A stretch of 64,000 nt of DNA from Podarcis pityusensis (lineage: Eukaryota): assembly GCA_964106645.2 (NCBI GenBank), contig OZ067044.1, one strand, 5' to 3'. The translations under genes and the position numbers were made by a program. The notes beneath the pieces were generated by a model. That model was not told the DNA's origin. It made no database searches and saw nothing but the letters and a program-made list of their open reading frames with translations. Shown piece after piece: positions 39,121-50,699 of the stretch. How positions within the stretch are numbered: position 1 is the first letter of the stretch; each line of letters begins with the position of its first letter.

Positions 39121-39500
39121 GCCTGGCTCCTTTGCGCGCAAGGATGGCCGTCTCCAGCGGCTGCCTCTGCTCCAGGTATCCAGCCCGGGGGTGGCCGCTG
39201 CTGCCTCCGGACCCCGCCGCAGTCCGGTGCCCCCCGCCCCGCCCCCCAGGTCTGCTCCTGGCGGCTCCGGGGTGACCTGAGAGGTGCTGTGCAGCGGAAA
39301 GGCGCGGGCTGCAGCTGGAGAGGCGGGAGGGGGGAGCGGGGGGATTTTAAAGCGCTCGGATCAGCAGCAGCTCATTGGCAAAAGGAGCAGCAGAGAAAAG
39401 GGGCTGTGAAATGGATACAGACAAGCGGCAATTCCCTCCTCGGCGGCGGCGGCGGCGGCAGCAGCAGCAGAGAAGCCCCTTCCCCGAAACGCACACACAC
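38620..39500. promoter_or_regulatory. CpG island over the promoter and EC1 of the last variable exon
   Basis: Dense CpG, (GGC)n tract at ~39442-39458, CCAAT box at 39370-39379. Confidence 0.8.
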
Positions 39501-39988
39501 CCTGCTGCTCCCCCCTCCCCAATCTCTCTTGCCACCAGTTTTCCCTCCCTGCGCTTCCCATTCCTTTCCCAGCGCAGCAGAGAGACTTGGAGGGCTGACC
39601 CAAGGGAGCCATTGGCCAGAAGAGCTCCCTTGATGCCCCTCTTGGTGGAATAGCAGGAATCGAAGGTGCAGAACGCAGACAGGGCGAGCTGCTGACGGCA
39701 GCTGTAACTCCAGGAGGGGGGGAGGGGGCTACTCTACCCTCCTGCAACCTCTTCACTTCAATCCCCTCCCCCCTCCCCCTCCCCCCGCTCATAAAGAAAG
39801 AGAGGAAAATTAGGCACACAAAGCTTTGGAGCAGATAGGTGCAATGTATCACAGCCTATGCTTGAGACCACGCACTGATTCCTCACCCCCACCCCAGGCA
39901 CTTCTCCTAGGTGCAGGGAAACTCAAAAGAAAAGAAAGGTGGTGCCATGGCTGGAACAAAATAGGGACACTACATGGAAAATTCTCAC

Positions 39989-42427
39989 CTTGCCAAAGAA
40001 GCTGGGTTCAGTGAGATTGCTGCAAGAGGCTGTCCTAAGTGTCAGATTAGGTTTCATGAATACAAATTCGCTAATGTCTGAGACAGGAGAAAAGCAGGAT
40101 CTGTATCCACGGGCAGGAGGTCCAGAAGTGGCCACTTGCACTCCTATCATGGCATCTCCAGGGCTCAGCTGATAATGGCAATGTCCCATCACGTGATCTG
40201 AAGCATCTTGAAGCCCACCAGCTTTGCTTCCACAGCATCCAAAGATGGTAGATGTTGCACGTGAATCACGGCGGAGGCATCGAACTCCCAAGGCCACCAA
40301 AGCCATCAGCGAGATGGTGGAAATTGCTGCCAAGGAGATGATAAGGTACACAGTCAATGTGGGAGGTCCCTCAGTTTCCACTGAGTGAGCTGTTAACCCC
40401 AGAAAGGTTTCAGGGCTGCTCTCCTCCAAGAGCACCATCACAGTGACTGAGGTGGACAAGGAAGGATCACCTGAGTCTTTGACAACCAGGACAAGGTCCT
40501 GGGTAGGATTGTCTATGTCCTGTAATGCTCGTGTAGTCCTCACCTCCCCGCTACGGAGGGCCATGCTGAAAATACCAGGGTCTGTGGCTTGCTCTACATG
40601 GTAAGAGAGCCAAGCATTTCGCCCAGAGTCCAAGTCCACTGCCATAATTTTTGTGATTAAGGCATTGGCTGCAGTAGATCGTGGAATTCTGAACTGTACA
40701 ACAGAATCTTTCCCAGTAAAGGGGAATCGAATCCAGGGTGCATTGTCATTCTGATCTAGGAGGTAGATGTGCACCATGATTCTGTTGCAGAGAGGAGGCG
40801 AGCCACCATCACACGCCTCCACCAGGAACTGAAAATGATTTGTATGCTCATAATCAAAAGGGCTCTCTGCAAAGACATCTCCATTTGTTGGGTTGATGGA
40901 GACATAAGAGGTGAGGTCCTCAATCAATCCTTGCCCTGGGCTCGCCAAAACAGAATAAGACAAACGAGAGTTCTGGTCCTTATCAGAATCTGTTGCAGAA
41001 ACTCTAAGCAGTACCACCCCCACTGGATTGTTCTCTTCTATGACGGCTTCATAAAATGGTCTGTCAAAATGAGGTGGGTTGTCATTGACATCTGCCAGAG
41101 TTATGGAGAAAGAGGTGTGCTCAGAAAGAGGTGGATTCCCTAAGTCAAAGGCATAGATGGTGACGTTGTATTGCGGAGTGCTCTCACGATCTAGCTGCTC
41201 ACTGGTGAGCAAGGAATACTGGTGCTCAAAGTCTTTCCGAAGTTTGAAAGGAAGGTTTCTGGGCAGATCACACCGGACTTTCCCTTGATCCCCAGAGTCT
41301 CTATCCTTGACATGTATCACAGCAACCACAGTGCCAGGAGGCGCATCTTCACCCATAGAGCTGGAGAAAGAGGTGAGAATAACTTCAGGTGCATTGTCGT
41401 TGACATCCGTGACTTCTACCATAACACTGCAGTGTTCCTCCATAGTAGGGGAGCCCATGTCCTTAGCCTCCACTTCGATCTCATAGACATTAGCCTCTTC
41501 AAAATCCAGGCTCCCTTGGACACGGATCTCTCCCGTAGTCTCATTGATAGCAAATATCCTGCGCAAGGCTTCTGAGTTATGGCTGCTGAGGGAATACTGC
41601 ACCTCTCCGTTAGGCCCTTCATCCAAGTCTGTTGCATTCAGCTTAATCACCAGGGTTCCTGGAGGAGAGTTTTCTACTAAGCGAGTATAATAAGTAGGTT
41701 TGTCAAAAACCGGATGATTATCATTGGCATCCAGAATGTGGACAGCAATTCGAATAGCGCTAGATTTGGGGGATATGCCCCCATCTTCAGCTGTCAGGAC
41801 CAAGTGGTGGACAGCGATGTGCTCCCTGTCCAGGGCTTTCTCCAGTACTAGCTCTGGGAATTTGGTGCCATCTGTACGTGCCTTCACGTTGAGGTTGAAG
41901 TTCTCATTGGCGCTGAGGTGGTAGGTCTGTAAAGTGTTAGTTCCTACATCTGAATCCTGTGCGTGTGGGATGGGGAAACGGGCACCCAGTGCAGCCAGTT
42001 CATAGATCTGCAGAGATATTGTGCTACTTGAGAACACAGGCGCATTGTCGTTGATATCCAGAATCTCCACTTCGATGCGATAGAACTCCACTGGGTTTTC
42101 AATAGCAAGTTTGAGATGCAAGAAACAGCGCAGGTTCTGCCCACAGAGCTGCTCCCTGTCTATTCTGTCATTGACTATTATGATTCCAGTGTTCACATTC
42201 ACAGAGAAATACTGGGAGTCAGAATCAGAAAGCACCTGCAGATTGGCAGCTGCAAGCTTTGTCACATCCATTCCTAAGTCCTTAGCAACATTTCCTACAA
42301 AGGCTCCTCGAGTGAGTTCCTCTGGGACAGAGTAACGGATCTGTGCAAAACAGTCACTCAGAAACAGACAGAAGGCAAAGGCATGCACGAGTCCCAAACG
42401 CCAGGCAGAGTTTTCTGTTCTGAGCAT
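39989..42427 (-). CDS. Additional C-type protocadherin gamma variable exon downstream of C5 (813 codons)
   Basis: Signal peptide ...CFAQIRYSVPEE, six ECs, C4/C5-type MEEHCSVMVEV in EC3, TM LTVYLIISL, cytoplasmic YRSCFSP.SD.SEF.F motif. First ATG at 42427. Donor AAG|GTGAGA after 39989, phase 0. Confidence 0.93.
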
Positions 42428-43553
42428 CTTTCTGAAATCCACAGCAGGAAGCTCTAAAACTGCAAAACAGGAGCTAAATATAGCAGGCAGTATCTCTTTA
42501 AACCTCTGGAGGATTCACCACCTATCTCGAAGAAATATGAAATATATGAGAGGAAAAGGGTCTGTGGTCAGTGTTTACCTCTCTCATTCATTGTTTTGGT
42601 TTGAGAGAGATTGACACAGGAGGGGAGTGGTACACACCGCAGATCTTCAATGCTAACCTCCTGCTCATTGGCTGAGACTGCCTTTCTATTTATCCAATCA
42701 GCAGCCTCCTTCCCAGGACAGCAACACACGCACCAATCCAAGTCTGGAAGTTGCTACTGTGTGAAAAAGGACCGCGTAACCTGCTGTTTTTAACCTAGAG
42801 ACACCAGGCTAAACGGCAGACAATGGAAAACAAAGCCCAAAATCTTGTCTGGTTTTGGCTTCTGTGCTAGCTATAGGACTCTTAGAAGCATACGCTGCAA
42901 AGAAATGTTTGCTCTAAAAGCACACTGACTCCTCACGTATTACATCCACAACAGAACAGCTGATTTGTCATTTTTATGAGCAAAGATAATTCAATGAATT
43001 CTAGGAAACAATAGTTCCTCTTACCCCATCCTAAGCTTCCAGATCAATCTCTTTTAGTTATTTCTAGGCTACCAAATTAATATCTAGCTTTATTTACCGG
43101 TATTTCAGAAGCCTTAGACTCCACCCTTCCAATGTAAAAACTCAAGGGAGTGATTGGTTTTTTCTCAGGGAAAGAAATCTAATTGTATGGGGGGGGGGAC
43201 TTAGCAGTTGCAAAAATATGAAGAGCTAACTTTGTGACAGGCAGCATTTGAAGGATGATTTTAAATTATCATTTTCTTATTGTTCACATCCTAGTTCCAG
43301 TCCCTGCTCCCCTACCCACTTTCTCTCATTAAAAGGCAGCAATTTGTGGGAAGAAATCAATGTAATTTTCCCCACTCTCCTGCTCTCTCTTTCCCAAGGC
43401 GTTATGACTATGTGGTGCAGGGTTAGGTTATGAAGAAGGAGGCCCCACCCTATTCTGATAACCGATGAATCAGCCCTCAGTCAAGTTTCAAAGTGTTACT
43501 GGAGATACCAGTTTCATGTGGGAAAGGAGAAAAAGGACAAAATGCCACCTCAC

Positions 43554-46004
43554 CTGCCTGGGATGGTTCAGTGTATCAGTACGAGATAAGAAAGTGTCAA
43601 AGTCTCTCGTCAGAGTACTTGGTTGAGGGTAATCCACAGGCCTCATAAAGGTGAAATCACTTCTGTCCGAGCCGGGAGAATAGCTGGCTCTATAGCACTG
43701 GCTCTGGGAGTCTGTGGGCCTGAGTGTGACCTCCATGTATTTCAATGTGCCATCTGAGTTCAGTTGAAGCTTAGGGCTGGATTGTTTGAAAACATCCCTG
43801 GCAGGAGCACCACTCAGGCTGCAGCAAGAAGAACCCCTGGCTTTTTTATTCCGAAAGCATTTTGCAGACAAGATTATGAACGTAACGAGGGACACAATGC
43901 TAACTGCCACCAGCGCAATAATCAGATAGAGGGTCAGGTCAGATTTTTCTTTGGGGTGAGTCAGGAAATCACGAGACTGGGGCCTTTCCTCAGTTACTTT
44001 ATCCTCCAATGAGACCACGATGGTGACGGTGGTAGACAAAGGTGGTTCTCCATTGTCCTTCACTAGTACAAGGATTTTCTGTGCTGGGAGATCTGTTTCC
44101 TGGAACTCCCGAACAGTCCAGATTTCCCCAGTGTAGGGAGCCACTCGGAACAAGGAGGGGTCAGTAGACTGGGAAAGCAAGGAGTAAGAAAGCCAGGCAT
44201 TGTGGCCAGAGTCTGCATCCACGGCAGTGACTTTGGTGACCACATAGCCTGCTGATGCAGACTGAGGGATCCTCTGGATTGCAGACAGTTCCCGACCAGT
44301 CACTGGGTGCAAAACAACAGGCGTGTTATCATTCTGATCCATTATGAAGAGGTAGACAGTGACACTGGAGCTCAGTTGGGGTGTCCCAGCATCATGCACC
44401 ATGATGGGGATTTGCAGCACCTGCAGCGTTTCATAGTCAAAAGAGTGCTGGGCATAGACATTCCCATTGTCTGGGTTGACGTAAATGAAAGAAGAGACTG
44501 GAGCATCTTGAATTGGGCTTCCTGCCACTGAGTACGTGAGCCGGGAATTGTCCCCCTCGTCAGGATCAGAGGCTGCCACAGTGCATAGCAGAGAGCCAGG
44601 TGGATTGTTCTCCTTCAAGAAGGAGTTGTAGAAGGGCTGAGAGAAGTACGGGGCATTGTCATTAACATCTGAAATGTTCAGCAAGATGGTGACATCTGTG
44701 GTTAGAGGTGGGGACCCTGAATCTTGGGCCGTCAACTTGATAGTGTATCGAGAAACTGTTTCTCTATCCAGCTTCTCAGAGGTAATCAAAGAATAGTGGT
44801 TTTCAAAAGATTTAATTTTAAAGGGCAAGTTTGGTGATATTTGTAAGCTCACCTTTCCATTGGCACCTGAATCTTGGTCTCGCACATTGAAAAGCCCTAC
44901 CACTGTCTCTAAAGGGGTGTTTTCTGGCACAGGGTTTACCAGAGAGGTAAGGAGAACCTCTGGGGGGTGGTCGTTCTCATCTTCAACTTCCATTTGGATT
45001 ACACAATGGCCTTCCATTTGAGGAATGCCCTTGTCCCTGGCCCTTACATGAAGCTCATAAAAATGAGATTCTTCGAAATCCACAACTCCTTGGACATGGA
45101 TCTCACCTGTGTGGGGATCCAAGCCAAACAACTTCTGGATGGAATCAGGTGTGTGGATTCCAAAGGAATACTGTATTTCCCCATTAGAACCTGCATCAGG
45201 GTCAGTTGCATTAAGTCTGAAAAGCAAAGAGCCTACAGGGATGTTCTCCGAAAATCTTATCTTGTACAGAGGAAGGTCAAATGCAGGTTCATTATCATTA
45301 TTATCCAGGACCACAATGGTGATCAGAGCTGTTCCTGACAGTACAGGGTCCCCCCCATCACAGGCAGTCAGGATGAGCTGGTGTTCCGATTGTTGCTCTC
45401 GGTCCAAAGGTTGCTCTAGCACCAGCTCAGGTAAAAGCTTGCCATCGTTCACATTCTTTACATTAAGTGAGAAGTGGGGGTTGGGGCTGAGTCGGTAGAC
45501 ACTGACTGCATTGGTCCCCACGTCTGCATCATGAGCGCTCTCCAGTGGAAAGCGAGACCCTGTGGCGGCAGACTCTGCTATCCTCAGCACAAGCTTGGGG
45601 GTGAGGAAACCGGGGGAATTGTCATTTAAGTCCAGGATCTCTACCTCCAGGTGAAAGAGCTCCAAGGGATTTTCTATGACTACTTGGACTGGCAAAATGC
45701 ACCCCGAGCTTGCTCCACACAGGGTCTCTCGGTCTATCTTTTCATTCACTATCAGAGCACCGTTGGCCAAGTTAACTGCAAAGTACCTCTTGCTCTCCTC
45801 AGAGCCCAGCCTCAGCCTGCGACGGGAAAGGTCTGCCACCGTTAAGCCCAAGTCCTGAGCCACCTTTCCCACCACGGTGCCCAGCTCCGATTCCTCCACC
45901 ACGGAATAGTGGATCTGTCCTGTAACCAACGCCCGGCTGAACAGCAAAAACAAACCCAGTACTTGCCATTTGAAAGAGGGTTGCCGGGACAAATGTGGCT
46001 CCAT
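43554..46004 (-). CDS. PCDHGC5: Protocadherin gamma-C5 variable exon (817 codons)
   Basis: C5-diagnostic strings: KWQVL, YSVVEESE.GT, LGSEE..RYF, VVGLFNVRD, PPGSLLCTVAASDPD, SDLTLYLI, KQSSP.LQ..SDGTLKYMEVTLRPTDSQS. ATG at 46004. Donor CAG|GTGAGG after 43554, phase 0. Confidence 0.95.
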
Positions 46005-47533
46005 TTCAGAAAAAAGTCCCCTTCCAGAAGGAGTCTTTGTGATATCCCAGGGATAAGGAGGCTCCAGGACCTGGATGAATGCTGTTTTTCAAATCCCTCG
46101 GTATTTCCTTCCAAATGAGTTAAAGTAGCTTTTGAGCTTGCCTAGCTGCAGCAACAGAATGTTAGTCAGAGAGTTGAGGGGGTGGATTGGGGGAGGGAAG
46201 CTGAATTACAGCCATAGCGACGGAGGAGGAAAGTCAAGGCAGAAAGAGCTGATCCCCCCTCCCCCCAAAATCTGGATCAGCACCTGACTAGATGACAGCT
46301 CCATCCACTCTCCACCAGTGACAAGTCCACCTACACTCTTAAAGCTGCTGCAGCACATGAAGTTGGGAGACCAGGACTGATCACCCCCATACCTCAACCC
46401 TAAATGTAACCAAGAGGCTGGTTTGCCACTGGTTTTGGCAGCTAAGTTTAGCAGCTCAGATTCTTGTTCTCAAGGAAACAGCACGTCCGGGAAGCATGAA
46501 CGGTACAAATCCTCATTGTTCACATTAGCTAGATTCATTCCATCTCATCTGAACAAAAGACAAACTCTCAGCTGTAGGGGATACAGAATCATAGTCTCTC
46601 TGGCGAACAACTGGTCCGATTTTTCACTTGCAGTGAAAAAGGTATTTGTTACAGTCGAAAAGAGGAAAGATAGGGAGAAACTCTCACAGAAAGTGCTTTA
46701 GCATTTTGCAACGCAGCTTCAATAAATGCATTTAAAACTCTTAGTCATTACCAAGGCAAAACAGACCCTTTCAGAATGTTCATTTTCAAATGCAGACATG
46801 GGAACCTCCACCACACAGTGAAGAATGCACAATCTTCAAAATTGCTTAAGGCCTCCCAGCTCTATTCATTGGCCTTTCCAAAATTAGAACACCACAATCA
46901 ATGCAGCAGTATTTCTAAGTAGAACCATTGTAACCCAAAGACCATGGTGTGGCTTTGAATGTCAGGGACCCACATACCAAGTAATTTTTAAGCTGTGGTG
47001 TTAAAGCACTTTCCAATAACGAGACACCCAAGTACAGATTCACAGAACTGTGATGGACTCAGTGAGTGGACCATTTTTCTTAAGATGGGGTGCCTCATTC
47101 TTGATGCACTCCCGACTTATGACCCTTAGCACTTTTTCTTTCCCCTCTTTCCACCAAGCTTTCAAAAACATCAGAAAAACAAATATTTGACAATCTCCCC
47201 TGGAAAATCATTTAACTGCTGGATTTATTTTTCGGTGAGAAACTTTTTGCTGCTTGTTAACCTAAATCTAAGTACCAGTAGTTTAAAAGCATTACTTCTT
47301 GCCAAATATCCACAGGGTGAACAACTGCTAATCTTCCCAAGATTCTTCTAAAATAGCCTATCTCCTTGAAGAATCTCAAATCCAACAAAATGCTTTTTAA
47401 TTTACAAACTGACCACCTTAACACAAAGGCTGCCTGACATTGCCATTGCATCTGTGACCTCTATCCCTGGAGATTGTTACAGAATCACAGGGTGCTACAC
47501 GACATAGTTATAGAACAGTATTTCATGCCTCAC

Positions 47534-49984
47534 CTCGTTTGGCTCTCGGGAAAGGCTGCAGGCCAGAAGTGTGCCTGTGCTGTTGATATCCTGCTGAGTG
47601 ACTGGTGTAGCTATCCTGAAATTCCTCCCTTCTGAAAAGTGGGTCTGGCCAGGCCTTAGGAGGGTAAAAGGAGAAACAACATCTCCCCCAATGAAGGCTG
47701 TAGGGAATTCCATTTTTTCCTCCTGGCTCAAGCGTACTGAGAACGTGTCAAAGTGTCCTCCCACAGGAATAGAGTTCCTACCCTTCAGGTCGCTGGTCCA
47801 ACCCACATCTGAGTGTCTTCCTTTCAATCTTTTAAGACACTTCATAGCTAAAAACACAAAGGCCAGAGCAGAAAGTCCTGAGATTGTGATTAGAGCAATA
47901 ATGAGTTGCAAGGTCAGGTGAGACAGCCCTTCTTGTTCCATGCTGGACTCTCTGAGGTCTGCTGTGCCCAACTCATGCTCATGCTCTAGATTAAGAATCA
48001 GAGTGGCTGTGGCAGACAGAGGTGGCTTCCCATTGTCCAAGATCTCAACAACCAACTCTTGGGAAGGGGCGTCTTGTTCCAGGAGGGCTCGGACGGTTCG
48101 GATCTCTCCTGTGAACGCCGAGACTTGGAAAAGGCTTGGGTCTGTGGCTTGCTGCAGCTTATAAGAAACCCATGCATTCTGCCCAGAGTCTGCATCCACA
48201 GCTGTGACTTTGGTTACCAGGTAACCTCCTTGTGCAGAAAAAGGGACTGGCTGCTGGGCTAGGACCCCCTTCTTGGTTACAGGGTATACAACGAGAGGAG
48301 CATTATCATTCTGGTCTATGATGAAGATGGAGACAGTCACATTGGCACAGAGTGGAGGAGAACCATTATCCTTAGCTTGAATCTGGAAAACCAGTTGCTG
48401 GGTTTGCTCATAGTCAAATGAGCAGCCACTGTAGATAGTACCGTTCTCCATAACATAGACATAGGAGGAAATGGGCATTCCATTTATGATATGCTCCACT
48501 AACGAATAAGACAGGTGTGAGTTCTGCCCCAGATCAGGGTCAAAGGCAGATATAGAAATGATTGGCAGCCCCAGAGCATTGTTCTCAGTTACGAGGGTCT
48601 CATATGCAGGCTGTGAGAAGTGGGGTGGGTTATCGTTCAGGTCAGATATATTTATAAGGAAGTTTCTTTGACTGGAGAGAGGTGGAGAACCAGAATCCGT
48701 AGCTGTGATCATAACTTTGTACTGTGAGATTTCCTCCCGATCTAGGGGGCCACTGGTGATCAAAGAGTAGTGGTTCTTGAAGGAAGGTACAATCTGGAAG
48801 GGGATATCTGCAGGGAGATGAAGCTGTACTTCTCCATTTTCCCCAGAATCTGCATCACTGACTCTGAGGAGCCCTGCTGTGGTACCTGGGGGAGCATCTT
48901 CTGGTATGGTGGTGGTGAGGGAAGTGAACCTAATGATAGGCTCATTGTCATTCACATCCACTACCTCCACTAAGATGTTGCAGTGTGCATCCATGGAAGG
49001 TGACCCTTGGTCTTTGGCCCTCACATCAATTTCATACAATGTGTCATCTTCATAATCCACACTTCCCAGGACTCTTATCTCCCCAGTCTCCTCATTAAGG
49101 CTGAACATTTTCCGGATTTTCTGTGGAGTGTGGCTGCTGAAGGAGTAGGAAACTTTCCCATTTGCCCCCTCATCATTGTCTGTAGCTTGTAAATGTATCA
49201 CAAGGGTCCCCACTGGGGCATTTTCTAGTAGGCTAACTTTGTACACTGATTGGTTAAAGACAGGTGGATTGTCATTGGCGTCTATTACTGACACGAGAAT
49301 CTTTGCTGTCCCGGATTTAGCAGGAACTCCTCCATCCAGGGCTGTAAGCACCAGGGGGTAGCGCTGCTGCTGTTCTCTATCCAATGCCTTCTCTAACACC
49401 AGCTCAGGTTTGCTGCCGCCTTTATGTGACTTAACACTGAGGCTGAATTGTCCACGTGGACTCAGCTGGTAGGTGCTGACTGAATTCATGCCAATGTCCA
49501 AATCTTCAGCACTTTCCAGGGGGAAGCGGGCCCCTGGCATTGCAGACTCTGCTATCTCCAAATGGGTTAGACTGGTAAGAAAAACCGGGTCGTTGTCATT
49601 CACATCCAAGAGCTCAACTTCCACACGATGGGAGGCTGTTGGGTTTGCAAGTAGGAGCTCCAGATAGAGCAGGCAGTGTAAGCTGGGCCCACAAAGCTGC
49701 TCTCGGTCAAGCCGTTCTTTCACGACCAAGAGACCATTTGGCACCTTGGCTTCGAAGTACTTTTCAGCAGAGCCAGCCATGATCTGCAGCTGTCGGGAGA
49801 CCACCCGGGCAGCATCTAGACCCAAGTCTTTAGCCACATCCCCAACAAAGGCCCCAGGAGCTAACTCCTCAGGAATCGAATAATGGAGCTGGGTCATCTC
49901 TCCAGCGCTCTGGAGAGAGACAGAAACCAAAAGCAAAGCTCTTACTTGCCATAGCAGGAGTAGTCTTTCTTCCAGAGACAGCAT
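47534..49984 (-). CDS. C-type protocadherin gamma variable exon, gamma-C4-like by position and several residues but divergent (817 codons)
   Basis: Intact EC1-6 and TM. Strings resembling mammalian C4: AWVSY, FDYEQTQ.L.F..QA.D, DLRESS...EG.S.LTL, NISD.NDNPP.F. Lies between C3 and C5. ATG at 49984 (MLSLEERLLLLWQVRALLLV). Donor GAG|GTGAGG after 47534, phase 0. Confidence 0.9.
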
Positions 49985-50699
49985 AATGTCGCCAAAATTT
50001 CCTCTTCCTTTGCTGGACCTCTGTCCTCTCTGATTCCAGCACAGCCAAGGAAACAACACAGAATCCCGGGTTAGGTCGCGCAAGGGATGAGAAAGCGGCG
50101 CACCATCTGCATCTTTTCTCTGTTTTTCTTCCACAGAAAACAGCGGCGGTGCCTAGTCCGTATCGGAATCAAGAGGGGAGGAGCTTTGTTGTCCATCAAA
50201 GCAGATACAGGGCTCCTGGAATCAAGGAAGCGCCTGGCTGTTTGCAATGGACCACCCATCCTCCCCCTCCCCAGCTCCAGCAATGGTGTGGGGGAGGTCT
50301 TAAAGCGCCAGTGCAAATGTTGAAGAAGAGCTGGGAGCCCATTCGCCAGCTGTCAGTGACTGGATTTCCCAAGATAATTATATGAACAATAAATCCTATG
50401 TCATTACAAGCTTTTGAATTCATTAATGAATGTCACAAGCATTTAAATTCAATAATGAACACTCTTTGTTTGGAATGGTTGGGGTTATAAGCTAAACTAG
50501 CAAACTGCATATTTTGCAGATTTTTTAAAAAACAGAATGCAACAAACACCAGTGGCTGCACAATTAAGTGATATACTGCCATTTGCTGGATATAAGATCA
50601 CGTTAAAAGACCCATTGATTGTCTGCCTGAATTTCCTTTAAATGAATGGCATTCAATAACCGATGCAGGAGAGCTCTTCAAAGCTCATTCCCACTATGG

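Noticed and set aside
49985-50134. N-terminal extensions from GTG/TTG starts in the ORF track (also 60424, 42442, 39141)
   Set aside because: Non-ATG starts; the downstream ATGs directly precede typical signal peptides.
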